The translations under genes were made by a program, and so were the position numbers. The notes beneath the pieces were generated by a model, which was not told where the DNA came from, did no database searches, and saw only the letters and a list, made by a program, of their open reading frames with translations. 64,000 nucleotides of DNA from Amoebophrya sp. A120 (taxonomy: Eukaryota; Protista; Dinoflagellata), in assembly GCA_905178155.1 (NCBI GenBank), contig CAJINV010000002.1:8699224-8763223 (forward strand), given 5' to 3'. Shown here one piece after another: positions 25,501 to 36,883 of the stretch (its first letter is position 1; every line of letters starts with the position of its first letter).

Positions 25501-28500
25501 TCGACGTGCACGACCGTCATGCGCTCCCTGCCGCGGAGGAGGTTGTTCTGGATCTATTTGATGAGACAAAAGATTGTACGGTCCCTGTTCATAGGGATAG
25601 GCATAGTCGTCCTCCAGCGTCAAGTCGTCGTGTGCAGTGCCGGCTGCTGGTGGTACCATGCCTGGAACCTGGTTGTGGGGGGGCATCGTGTTGTGAAGAT
25701 CATTGTCCCACGCGTTTATGTCCCGAAACGCCAGGTCTATTGCTTCATTCCGGTCGTCCAAAGTCGCCCGATCGTGTTCTTGTCGTGAATGGTTGTAGTT
25801 CCTTGTGGCCCATGAGGATTCATTTCCGTTGTACAACGTGGCTGCAAGTTGCTGGAACTGGCTGGAAGTTACTGCACCCGACGTCCAAGCCGGAGGAGCA
25901 ACGCCCGGACGGTTATCGGGCGCTGCGTGCGAATAAGCTGGGACGCGGTGATCCCGCATGGACGATTTCAGGAACTGCTTCTGTGCGGTATGATCCTTGG
26001 CAAGCTGCACTAACAGTTCGTAGTCCAGGCCCTTGAAGCACAGCACCGCGGTGTGCAACTTCAGAACGTGATTAAATGTGCGGGGCACACCGCTGTTCTG
26101 CTTGTCGGTGTAGGTGATGGTCACAGTCGTGATCAACTTGTCCGGAGAACAGTATGGGATATTAGTGCTCGTGTCTGCCACTGCCTCGTCTGAAACATGG
26201 TTTTCCTCATCCGGGGGCTTCTTCATTGCGGTGGTGGCCGTTGTGTCGCCAGCAGCTTTGGCTGCCACGACATGGGTCAAGGAAGAAGATGACGAGGCTC
26301 CTGCCCCGGTAGCTTTAGCTGCGCGATTCTTTACTGATTGGTATCCGGGTACACCAGGTAGTACAAACCTGCTGGCTGAACCGGGAAGATTGTTTCCGCT
26401 AGTAGAAGCAGAAAAGCCAGTGGAGGTTTTGTCCGAAAAAAAGGAATCGTCTAGCGGCTTCTACCAAACGCAAAAATGTCTGGGTCTGGAAGATTGCGAG
26501 ATTTGTCATGCTTATCTGGCATGACAAAAAAGTTTGTGATGCGTGTCCAAGAAGATACCCTTTTGCCTGTCATGCAAAAACGCAGTTTCTCATGCGGAAA
26601 ACGCAACACAAAGAAGCGCAGATATTTCTCATGCTTGGCTGTGCATTACAGTGCATTCACTATTCCCAACACAGCATTACAAGTTTCCAGACCCAGACGT
26701 TTTTGCATCTGATAGCTTCGCGGATAGGACGATGTCTTTGATCTCGAAGCAGTCCTCCTTCCCGGGCCAAAATTTCATCCAGGGGCGCACTTCGCAGAAC
26801 TCGTGCTTCGTGGGATCCAGACAGTAGGACTGAAACTTGTTGAGCACCGCGGGCTTCGGCGCGTTTTCGTTGAACCGGATGTCGTTTTTATTCAGTTTCA
26901 GATCTTGCGGGATGTCGAACGTGGTCACTTCGCACACCAGTTTCTGCAAACAGCTTCCCGGAAACGCGTCGACCTCTTGGATCGCCTCGCAGAGGTCGAG
27001 GGTGAGCAAAAACGTTCCGTGGCCGCGATCCGCCGCCACTCGGCGCGGGCCCGCGCCGCCGAACCGCTGCTCTGACTTCGTGAAGTCCGCGAGCCGCTGG
27101 CTTAGAAACTCGTTTGGCGGCGGTTGATGGAATTCCGCGAGTCTTTTATTATCGTCTTCTTCACCCAAGTCGGCTTGCTTGGCGTTCTTCTTACTGAAGT
27201 CGCTTGTTCTTTGCACTTTCGGTTTTTCAGTTTCAATTTCGAGTTCGACTTGGTCTTGGTGACTGCAGGGCGGTATAGATTTGATAGCTGTACAAACATC
27301 ATCTACACCGGCCTGCTGCGAAAGATCAGTCCCTTTTACCTCTTTCACTTCTGCAGAAGACGTTCTTCCAGTACTTTCCTCCACGACCGTTCGCTTCGTT
27401 CTCTGCGAGTCGCTCTTTTGTTGCTCGTTTTCCTTCGCCCGCGCCAGTTCTTTCATCTCTTCGTCGTGGATAAACGGTGCCTTTTGCCCCGCGACCCGTT
27501 CTGCCTCCGCCAGCATTTCCTGTTTCTTTTTCTTGTTTTTCTCCATCTCGACCAGAAGTTTCTTGTTCTGGTAGAAATACTGATTCGCGCAGTCCAACTC
27601 CGTGTTCCTGGATGAAATCACCCGGAACGCGTATGCATTGCAAAAGTAATTGCAGTCATGCAGTACAAAGCTTTTATCTACTTTTTCTTAAGATGTAAAT
27701 CCGAATTATGACGAATTCCATTTCTCATGGTGGTAAAGAAATTGAAATCTGCATATATGCAGTTACGACTAGTACTAGGACGATACTTTTGCAAAGGATA
27801 ACGCGTGCCAAATGTTGATGCGCCCGTCCAGACCCCGATTCATACTGGCGGTGTCTCGCCGTTGGAAAAGCGACAAAGCATTATTTCTACTTGATGTTGC
27901 AAGCGGCGCGGAGGTGGTCAGGTTTTGGTTTATTTTTCCACTGTCATTGATACTGTTTGACGTTGCGCTTGCGGCATAATTAGTGTTCACAATATGATCA
28001 GGCTGGTCGTCCACACGAATATTGAAGCCAAACCTGGTCTTTGTTCCGTATGACAGTGCACAACTCCCACTCCCCCTCATTTGTCATGCTTAACAGACTG
28101 CGCAGCTAAAGCCCGGGGGGGTGCGGGGTCCGAGGGGTGCACTTCTAAGCACTGCCCGGAACACCCGAACATGCCCCGCGACCGGCACAGGACCAGCAAC
28201 ACAACTAGTAATCGTCGATCACAGTTTGTCGATCACGACGTAGCTGCGAAGCCGTCCATACGCCTGGCGCCCCAAGCCCAAACCCCCGAGGAAAGGCCTC
28301 GACCACAGAAGGACCAAATATGAGCTTACGGCACGATGAAGTGGGAGCGCCTGTCTATGGACCGGATGAGGGAGCCCCCGGCTGCGAAACTGCTGGCTGG
28401 TGGACGCTAACCTGCCGTAGGTGATAGACTCACTCCAAGAACGGTTTCCGTTTCAGCGGTCGCGAAGCCGAAGGGAACAGGATGCATGTAGAAGAGCACT

Positions 28501-30076
28501 GGGGACAGGAAAGGACGAAGCACGAGTGTGATGGGCATTGCTGGAGAAAAACACCCGGATGAGATCCCGACTGCGGGAAGTCGGAGCATGAGGAGCAGCA
28601 GCGGGAGATTATCGAAACCGGACAAGACAGCTGGGCAGGACTGCTTCTCGCAGGACGACAGAGACGGCGATCGGGAATCCGGATTAACGGAAAAGCTGAT
28701 GGCTATACAGAGAAGTACCGCCGCCAGAGGAGAAGTCTTCGAGACTATCGCAGCACTGGCACTCGCACCGAAAACCGAACGCGCTACAGGCGCGCCGCGC
28801 TCGTGCGTGATCACAACAGGGATCACTTGGCGGACAGACTCTACAGGAGTCTGCCTTGGTTTCCGGGAGTGACGCCGATATCGGGACGCCGGTGGGAGAG
28901 GTGGGGCCCACTGGTTGTCGCTAGCCGCTGCCGTCCCGGAAACCAGACACAACTGCAGGTGTGCCGCACTCGTGAGTGATCTCTACAGGGATCACTTGGC
29001 GCGTAGGCTCTACAGGAGCCTACCCTGGTTTCCGGGGGTGCTGGTTTTCTGGTTGGGAAGACCGTCCGTGCCTGGTCCCTGGATGCGTCGGCTCGACGGG
29101 CTCGTTTGCTGGCTGCCAGGAGGAGATCCAACGCTTCTACCTGAAAGGGTTATTTTTCGGGAAAGGCGGGCGGGGACGGAGTTATCCGCCCCCTAAGAAC
29201 AACAGCGAGACCCTCATTTGTCATGCAAAATACCCAATCCCCTGTTTTGCTTTTGCCTCTTGGCACTGATTGCATGACAAGTTCTGGCAGCCCAAATAGC
29301 ACTACACTCCAGCGCAAATTTCTCATGCAAAACCGGCATTCTTGCTGATGCTTGTATTGCCGTTCATGCTATTGCCGTGGATGAGGGGGAGGGGGAGTTG
29401 TGCACTGTCATATTCCGTACTCACCCGCGAGAAACTGGTATATGACCCGCAGCAAATCCTCGGGAAAGTGCATGGTAATGTACACGGACTTCGCGCTTGT
29501 GCCGGATTTGTTTGCCAAAAACTCGTCTTGGGCTTTCGTCGACAGCTTTTGAAATTCTCCCAACTCAAATTGCTTCCTCTTCTCAAAACACACACCCAGT
29601 GCGTTCACCGCCATGATATTCACCATCGCCGTGGCCTTCCACTGCATTTGGTTCAGCTTTTCTTCCTTAATCTTCGTCCTTTTCTTCTCGTAATCCAGCT
29701 CATTTTCCTTCATGGCCGCCTGGACTTGCGTTTGGTCCTCCTTGTTTGCTGGAGTAGAGGACGAAAGTAGCGCCCTTTGAAACTCGAGCAGTCCCTGCTT
29801 CTTCGTTTCAAAATCATTCTTCGCCTGGAAGTAGGCATTGGAGCAGCGGCGGCTGGCTTTCTTTTGCAGCAGGAGAACGGTCTTGCTGTAGGTTTGCGGG
29901 AAATTGTTGCGACGTTCTTGGTGTGGAATACCACTGTCGCTGTCATCAGAGGTGTCCTCCTCGGGCAAAAGAGGTATTATGGGAGCCACGACGTCTTGGG
30001 AAGGTTTCGTCTGAGAGGCTGCAGTGCTGGCGGCGGCTGCAGAAATGACTGGTGGGGTTCCCTGATCGTGTTGCAT
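22589..30076 (-). CDS. Hypothetical protein (~1800 aa) with F-box-like motif; 5 exons (3 introners + 1 GT-AG intron)
   Basis: In-frame junctions after excision: LAGEYG-TKTRFG (28049-29412), NIWHA-FRVISS (27632-27800), LSAK-PLDDSF (26462-26714); canonical intron 24277-24551 (GGAG|GTAAAA...ACACAG|AT). MHFPEDLLRVIYQFL resembles an F-box. Confidence 0.75.
26462..26714. mobile_element. TIR introner, family A (253 bp, TSD GCTTC)
   Basis: Left TACCAAACGCAAAAATGTCTGGGTCTGGAA vs right rc TATCAGATGCAAAAACGTCTGGGTCTGGAA; GCTTC at 26457-26461 and 26715-26719. Confidence 0.93.
27632..27800. mobile_element. TIR introner, family B (169 bp, TSD ACGCG)
   Basis: Left TATGCATTGCAAAAGTA vs right rc TATCCTTTGCAAAAGTA; ACGCG at 27627-27631 and 27801-27805; frame restored. 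Confidence 0.9.
28090..29210. mobile_element. Nested 1121-bp GC-rich non-coding insert with 16-bp flanking direct repeat (non-autonomous retroelement-like)
   Basis: CCCTCATTTGTCATGC at 28074-28089 and 29211-29226; removal leaves a typical-size 227-bp introner; no recognisable RT/transposase ORF, no TIR or poly(A) seen. Confidence 0.8.
28760..29040. repeat. Duplicated ~105-nt multi-hairpin module with C-TACAG-G loops
   Basis: Copies ~28760-28871 and ~28930-29040; hairpins at 28780-28794, 28807-28826, 28835-28853, 28975-28996, 29003-29023; closing stem 28935-28946/29025-29036. Confidence 0.8.
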
Positions 30077-30649
30077 CTTGTTCGTGTTTACGAGCAGCCA
30101 AAATGATTTGAAAATTGAAGCTGAAGTTTTTCCTGTTACTACTGAGACATGGACATTCACGAGATTGGATTCCGTATCATAGAGGAAGTGGCGATCATAG
30201 GAAGTGAGGTCCTGTTTGGGAGTCCATCGAAGGTAGGAGTCTTTGAAAACGTTCTAGAAGTTGTGCAACTCTGTGATGCTTTGCATCAGAAATGCGGCTT
30301 TACCGAAACTCAAGGCTTTTCTATGTTCAATATGCTGGCGGACTTTTTAGTTGTGCCACGACTTGCTCTTTGTTATCTTCAGGGCTGACAATCTGTTCTG
30401 GGTCTCATATACTGGCGCAAGGATCATTCAGAATCCGCTGCGTCAACCACAGAAATTGCTTTTTCTTTCGATGCTAGAGAACACATAAAGATCTTTCCAA
30501 AAGAGCGGAGAAAGAACTGCCGCTGGCTTTACATATTGACTAGCATAATTCATCTCAGTTTCACAGCTTTCAGCATGTCGCTCGGTCGCTTTCTTGAAAA
30601 TGACATCCAGTTGACTACAGGAGCAGGACTACAGAAGAAGCGGAGATTA

Positions 30650-32626
30650 TCAATGGGTCGCTGCTGCCAGCTGTACATCGAAATCGTCATGGAATAGAAC
30701 GGAACCGATATTCTTTTCTGAATTCAGCATTGCTTCCAGCGCTGCATCCTCCAACTCCCCCTCAGAGTCGGCTTCTTCGTACATCGCAGCAGCTCGTGTC
30801 GCAATATCCGCTCCTGCAATTATGCCAAGGTTCTTGGTATCTGTCGAGACTTTCTTCCGAATTCGGATTAATCTTTTCTTTTTGCCTTTCTTCTTGGTCT
30901 TCTTCTTGACGCCAGCAGCTTCGGTAATAGGTTCGCTCGCGCGAGTATTCTTGCTTTCTTCAACCGTTGTATTTGACTTGTTCGTCATTTTCCTTCCATT
31001 CGACGAACGACTTGGCAGCTCCATCGCGGTGTCCCCTTCTTGTACCTGGGAGTGGTCCGCAGGCCGCTCGCTCTGAGGAATTTCTATCATCCCTTTGCCC
31101 TTCATCTTCCCCTCCTGTTTCTCCAAACTGACCGCCACGAACTTGGTCGCAATTTCCTTACGATAGTGCTCGTGGAAGTGGGTTTCGTGTTGCTGGAAAA
31201 CTTTGTAGAATTTGCTTAGGTGTTTCCGTTGCAATTTTCTGCCCGCGAGAGTTTTCCACCCCTTGGGATCGCCGAGAGACAGCATGGAATAGTTGATCAC
31301 CTGTGCGCTACACAAGGCAAGCCGGAGGTTCAGCGGAACCGCGGGGATATTGGTTTTTATTCCGGAAGCACATGTAGTTTTCTCTTCCTTTCCTGCGGCA
31401 CTGTCACGACCTCCGTCTTGGGCCTGTAGAAGCAAATTTGGCGGCTCGAAGCTAGTGTTGTCGTTGTTCGTGAACGCAAAGCTCAGCGCCACCCGGGCGT
31501 CCGGGATTTTTCGTCGATTGCTTTCTCTTTCGTCGCTCCCTGGATTTTTTGCAGCATCCACACCCATTTCTGTAATATTATCGCCTGCCTGACTCTCGTC
31601 CTCGCCCTGGTTCCCCCAGTGGATGACTCGGTGCGTGTGACAGCAGAAGCCCCCAGCGTTCACACTGGCACAAAAAATCTTCTGGTAGTTGCCCTTCGTG
31701 GTCGTTGTTCCGTCTGTGCAAGAACTGCCGAATATCCTCCCCATGGGATCGCCGTCGAGGCTATCTCCCGCGTAATATCCCGGGTCCACCGTCGCGCTCA
31801 CGTAGTGCAAACAACTCCGCGCGGGCGTCGCGTCCGTCAAGGCTACCCAGCAGGTTAAATACCTGGCGATATTCGCTCTTTCGGAGCGATGAGGATCATG
31901 ATCATGATCTCCGTCGTTATTATTATTTTCAGCGGATGAAGCAGAAGAAAACGTCGTTCTTGGGTCTTCGGGCAGATGCCCCTTCGGCTGCCAGTCCTCC
32001 GGCTGGCGGTCGCGGTGTGGCGAAAACCCGGTCCCGTCAACCACATGAAAGCCGACAATGTCGAAACAGAACTTGTTCTGGTTACACGACACCTCGTCCA
32101 TCCAGGACTGGCATTGTTTCGCGAGTTCCCACGCTTCGTCATACACCGCGAGAAAGGTCGCGGGCCAACCGTGGTCGTGCAGAATTTGGGCCGCCTCGGC
32201 GAGAGGCCGGATAAGGGGCCGCGATTTTTGGGCAGATGATAGTCGTGGTTCTTCAGCCCGGTTCTTCTTCTTGCAGCCTTCCTCGGGCAATGATTTTCTA
32301 TCGTCTACAGAAGTTATTTGGAAGTCGTCCTTGGGTATGACTGCATAGCCGTGCGTTTGCAGGCTCTTTCGGTATTTCGCAGCATTTCGCCATGATCTTA
32401 TGGAGGCGTCCTGTCGGGATGTGGTTCTCGTTCTTGAGGTGGTGGGGCCGCGTGAATGAGCTTTCTTGGTCGCAGACGAGCTTCTGTGTTGACGGCGATC
32501 CGTTCCTTCACCTTCGCCTTCGCCACCCACGGTCAGGAATGGCACCAACGACCGCCAATAGGCCGCGTCCTGCATTTCCTTCGCTGTAATTTCTGTAGCA
32601 GACTTCATTATGTGGCTCATCGTCAT
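30650..32626 (-). CDS. Phytanoyl-CoA dioxygenase (PhyH)-family 2OG-Fe(II) oxygenase
   Basis: HGYAVIP; FSPHRD (HxD); YLTCWVALTDATPARSCLHYV; HTHRVIHWG (distal His); RVALSFAF (2OG-binding Arg). First in-frame ATG 32626. Confidence 0.85.
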   Translation of the reverse strand: MTMSHIMKSATEITAKEMQDAAYWRSLVPFLTVGGEGEGEGTDRRQHRSSSATKKAHSRGPTTSRTRTTSRQDASIRSWRNAAKYRKSLQTHGYAVIPKDDFQITSVDDRKSLPEEGCKKKNRAEEPRLSSAQKSRPLIRPLAEAAQILHDHGWPATFLAVYDEAWELAKQCQSWMDEVSCNQNKFCFDIVGFHVVDGTGFSPHRDRQPEDWQPKGHLPEDPRTTFSSASSAENNNNDGDHDHDPHRSERANIARYLTCWVALTDATPARSCLHYVSATVDPGYYAGDSLDGDPMGRIFGSSCTDGTTTTKGNYQKIFCASVNAGGFCCHTHRVIHWGNQGEDESQAGDNITEMGVDAAKNPGSDERESNRRKIPDARVALSFAFTNNDNTSFEPPNLLLQAQDGGRDSAAGKEEKTTCASGIKTNIPAVPLNLRLALCSAQVINYSMLSLGDPKGWKTLAGRKLQRKHLSKFYKVFQQHETHFHEHYRKEIATKFVAVSLEKQEGKMKGKGMIEIPQSERPADHSQVQEGDTAMELPSRSSNGRKMTNKSNTTVEESKNTRASEPITEAAGVKKKTKKKGKKKRLIRIRKKVSTDTKNLGIIAGADIATRAAAMYEEADSEGELEDAALEAMLNSEKNIGSVLFHDDFDVQLAAATH

Positions 32627-33972
32627 CTGCGAAGAAACCAGCGCAAACGATAGTGCGCACTTCCTCAAAGCGAAAGTTTCACGAAAAAATTGACTAATTG
32701 AAAACAACTACGAAACAAATCATCTTGCTTTCTTGCTTGACAATATCATGTCGTGTGCTGTCGCCGGCCGGTTTCTACTCCACACAATTCCTGCAGATCT
32801 TTTTTCGTGAGTCATCTGATGTATTTTGAGTTTCTCATGTCAGTCATACCTATCGACAGTGTCATTGAAGACCCTACGCATAAGGCAATTTTTGTGATCC
32901 AAGCCTGTACTTTTGGATCATTTTTTGTAGGTTTGCAGATGATGTGTTGATCGCTAAGAAAGCAGCTTCATCAACATGTCGATCGAAAGTTATTCTGATC
33001 TCGTATCAGGCACTGTCCGAAGAACTTGACTCGTAGTGGTTGCTTCGGCATTTATTTTTCCTCCTGAATCAGCATCGAGACCGAAAACAGGCGAATCAAC
33101 AGCGTCAAGTGTGGAAGAACAACGTGGCGGCTTCGAATTGCGGCAGCGAAAAAGCCACCTGTGTTCGAACGGAAAAGTCACTTGCTCCGCGTTCGCGTGT
33201 CGACAAACATGGCATTCCATGAATAGAAAACACATTCACATTTCTCCTTCGACGAACATTATACAACGGTCCAGTTCATCCTGTTGAATCCTACACTGTA
33301 TGAAATTTCACAAATCATGAAGCAAATTGCTATCACAGGCAGCGCGCCGCCTTGACCTTGTCTAGTATATCATTATCTTTCTCTAATTTCAGTTTCCACA
33401 ACCACTTCATCATTGTTCAAATCTCTACAAAAATCAAAATTGCATTGTACACGACGCCACTTCGACTTTTTGGGATAGATATTCTTCTTGTACACACAAG
33501 CTTTACTGCGTACAAAATATCTCGCGTGCCACAGCTGATCCACCAGCGATACTATCTTGCTCCATGTATCCTACACATCAGAGACGCCATTTTGAACATG
33601 AGAACCACCACATCCTTGCATTCCTCCGTCTCTTCATGCTTGCAGCTAAAAGAAACCAGAAGCGAGCTTCGTCGGAGTTCCAGCAACAACCACTGCTTCC
33701 TCACTACAGCTATCACGACTCAAACTAACTGCCTGCGCCTCACCCGTTCGCACACAATTTGCGCATGCTCGGACGGTTAAGTTAGAGCTAGAGGGCCGTC
33801 TCACTCTACTACTTATTTCTTTTCCATTTGTCGGAGGCGTTGGAAAAAAATGATGGTCGATTAATCGTTCCGCATAATATGCGGATGCAACAGGTGCCAT
33901 GATCTGTGGAGCCGTACGTCCGGGCGGCAAAAGAAAAGTGGACCGCGGGACGCTGGGATGAAGACCATCTGC

Positions 33973-35358
33973 TTAGTGCAATTCTACGTCTTGACCCCTC
34001 TTGTACTTCGTGCTCATGAGCTCGGTCCCCTCCTCCACCTCGTGGTCCCTTTTTTTCGCTGACGAAGAGGGGAACCAACCCGACCACCGCGACGGCTTGA
34101 CTGGTTCTGTCTGGTGGGTGTAGACGGCCATGCCTTTCTTCAGCTCCGCCCGCAGAGTCTGCAACTCCTTCGCATGTCTTTTGTCCATCTCGGACACCGC
34201 TTCCCCATTTAGCGCGTAGGACTTGGACAGCGCTTCCTGCATCACTTGCCTGTACTTCTTGAAGCCAAGGTCGTTTACCATCTCTTTGGTCCACACCTGT
34301 TCCAAAAACCAATCCTTCTCATCTCCATCCGCACCCCGGTTCCTCGCCGCCATTCTCTGGTACTTTTCCGCCCAGTCGGCTAAACCGAGGTATCCGAAGT
34401 TGTCCCGCATGGCCGCCGCCGTGCGCAACTTCAATTCGTTCTTCCAGCTGCTGCCCAGGTTCTGCTCCGACAAGGCGGCGAAGTCCTCCACGAAAAGCTG
34501 CAGACTGGAGACTTTCCGGTACTCGGACATCGCCAAAAAGGCCGACAATGCGCGTCGGGAACTGAAGCGCGTGCCGAGCGAGCCGTAGTACAGCGCCACC
34601 AGACGGTGCAGCGAGGTCATCGCGAAGGCTTCCCGGAGGGCGTGCCCGTTCTTTGCGGTGCCCGTGCTCTCCCAGCAGACGGTCGAAGCGCAGTCTTCGG
34701 AAGCAGGTGCAGAACCGGTTGAGGAGACCTCCTGGACCTTGTTCTCCTCGCGGGTCACGATGTCACACAGAAACCCCTTTTGCTCCGGCGACAAGGCACC
34801 GGAAAGCTGCATTGCTTTGTCGCCGTTTTTCTTGGCTGTTTTCATCGGCTCGTAGAACCGTTGGAACTTAGTATCGATGTCGACGCCTCGATCGATGGTC
34901 GGAAGCGAAACGCGGACCCGAAACTTTGAGGCCGTGCTGAGGCGCGGAATGGATTTGAACTTGGGTTTTTCCGTTTCCTGCACGGACCCCTCAATACGGA
35001 AAGTAAACTTCGTCCCGGCATCCTTGTTTTCTTCGTACACCAGTACGACAGGCTTGTTCAGATGAATCTCTTTCTTCGTTCTTGCGTTGAAAAGATACGG
35101 ATTTGGCACGTCAATCTGCTCTTTGTAGTGCATCAACTTCCACTGCCAATTTTTGTTCGGCACCTTCACACCTGTTTGCCGGCCGAAGGCAGCATCTTCG
35201 CAAAACGCCTTCACGTCGAAGTCAATCCCAGCCTTCTTCTCGTTCGTCAAGGACTGTAACTCGACGGCGTTCTGCTCGGCCCAGGCTTGCAGCGGCCCAA
35301 ACGCGACCAGCAAAAACGCTGGAATGTGTGCACTGTGAAATAGCATGGCAGTGAACAT
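33973..35358 (-). CDS. Putative secreted hypothetical protein (~460 aa), single exon
   Basis: Long GC3-rich ORF; N-terminus MFTAMLFHSAHIPAFLLVAFGPLQAWA resembles a signal peptide. Confidence 0.65.
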   Translation of the reverse strand: MFTAMLFHSAHIPAFLLVAFGPLQAWAEQNAVELQSLTNEKKAGIDFDVKAFCEDAAFGRQTGVKVPNKNWQWKLMHYKEQIDVPNPYLFNARTKKEIHLNKPVVLVYEENKDAGTKFTFRIEGSVQETEKPKFKSIPRLSTASKFRVRVSLPTIDRGVDIDTKFQRFYEPMKTAKKNGDKAMQLSGALSPEQKGFLCDIVTREENKVQEVSSTGSAPASEDCASTVCWESTGTAKNGHALREAFAMTSLHRLVALYYGSLGTRFSSRRALSAFLAMSEYRKVSSLQLFVEDFAALSEQNLGSSWKNELKLRTAAAMRDNFGYLGLADWAEKYQRMAARNRGADGDEKDWFLEQVWTKEMVNDLGFKKYRQVMQEALSKSYALNGEAVSEMDKRHAKELQTLRAELKKGMAVYTHQTEPVKPSRWSGWFPSSSAKKRDHEVEEGTELMSTKYKRGQDVELH

Positions 35359-35532
35359 GTTCTTGAGTAAATTCGTTTTGTGGATCACGCTCAGTTCTCG
35401 TATACAACCTTCGTAAAAGTAATTCTACTTCTAGTCGTGATATTGCGACGGCTGCTACTGCTAGTTAGTAAGTTTGTTCGAATCAATGGTAACGTGGTTT
35501 TCCGGGTGAAGGTCTCTAGTCGTTTTTTATTT

Positions 35533-36883
35533 TTAGTGAGCTATTATGGGTTTAGAGTTCATATTTATACGTATGATGAATATTTTACAAGTTTCTTCAG
35601 ACACACAAATCTCGAAAATACGACTGAAATAGTTACTGTTCTGATTTTCGAAGCGGTTCTTAGGCTCAGTCCACCAAAATATTTCCAGTTCCAATCCAAT
35701 GCATCCATCACCATCGTTCATTTTTGTTTGTGTTGCATGACAATTACGATCATGATCCATTCCTTGGGATATCTTATCCGGAGATCTGCCGATCACTGTG
35801 AGCTGGCCAACACATAACATCTCTGCAATCGCTCTACTCACGATCCAGCTGCATGCCTGCGTAAGTAGTTGACGATCGAAAAGATATGAACTTGTTCTTC
35901 TGATCTCTGAGTGACATTCTATTTTTACGATCGACAAGTGTTCTTTTGACATTCCATTTTGACTCTTTCTCTTGTTCATTTGACACCCTCGATGTCTGCC
36001 TCGTGTAGGATCTTCTTCTTCATCTTCATCTTCCATTTTTACAAGACTGGACTAGTTGCAGTGTATCTTCTTGGTCTTTCCAGTCAGCCGCACGGTCTTA
36101 GACCAATGTGGTCACTACACAGAGAAATCTCCATGCTACCAAAGCGAACGGCGCATGGATCTTGATCTTCGACTCCATTCTAGAACAACGATCAACAACT
36201 CCAGGAAGCTAGTACTTGCTCACTGCCTCTGCTGTCCTGCGCCGCAAAGGCATCAAGGAAGTCGTAGGTAAAACTTTGAGATGAGCGACATACTGTCCAA
36301 AAAGAGGGATCTAGAAAGTGGAGGAAACGAGTACGAGTTGCAGTCAATCACAATTTTGCGAGGTGGATCTTCTTCATTCCGGTAATCAATAAACCGGCCG
36401 TCAAAATAAATGTCTAGCTTTGAAGACAACAGGGGAGGACAAATCGGATTTTGAATCCGCTCTGTCTCGTCCCATGATGGAGTAGACAAAAAAGTCGAAA
36501 AAGCCATTTGTTGCCGCCTGGTCCCCACTACTCCTGACGTAGAGCCACGACGTCGTGCCAGGCGGCGGGCACCTGTACATCGCGCCCCGCTGGTTCTTCA
36601 AAAGAAAGCTCGATAATTTTTTTTCATCAAAATCGAAACTGTAATTCGGAAATCTTTTACTGTCAACAATCTTGATGCTTTCCTTTTTCCCCTCCGATGT
36701 TAAGTCATCATCTATAGAAGTCTTCAATAAAAATCGACAAACAAGTCTGATTAGTTCAAGTTCTCCTAGAGAAATATTAGATCTTGTAGTAAAAATTTTG
36801 TTGAAACTTACAGTTTTAACCGGTAAAGCATTATCAGCATTTTGATTGTGGTAATACATCAATTGAAAATTTTTATTGACCAA
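35533..36883 (-). pseudogene. Possible frameshifted, AT-rich coding relic
   Basis: Three successive or overlapping minus-strand ORFs (36401-36883, 36253-36528, 35533-36036) with no evident intron or introner to join them. Confidence 0.25.

Larger units (their letters stand above)
28049..29412. mobile_element. TIR introner, family D (227 bp core) carrying a nested insertion; TSD TTCCG
   Basis: 32-bp TIR TATGACAGTGCACAACTCCC(A/C)CTCCCCCTCAT, 1 mismatch; TTCCG at 28044-28048 and 29413-29417; frame restored. Confidence 0.93.

Noticed and set aside
28362-28392. Hammerhead-like string CGGATGA...GAAAC (also 28556-28618) in the nested insert
   Set aside because: Core is CGGAUGA rather than CUGAUGA, and I could not find stem I/III pairing with a UH cleavage site; not called without a covariance-model hit.
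28407-29269. Short ORFs on both strands within the nested insert
   Set aside because: No RT, nuclease or transposase motifs; expected by chance in GC-rich sequence.
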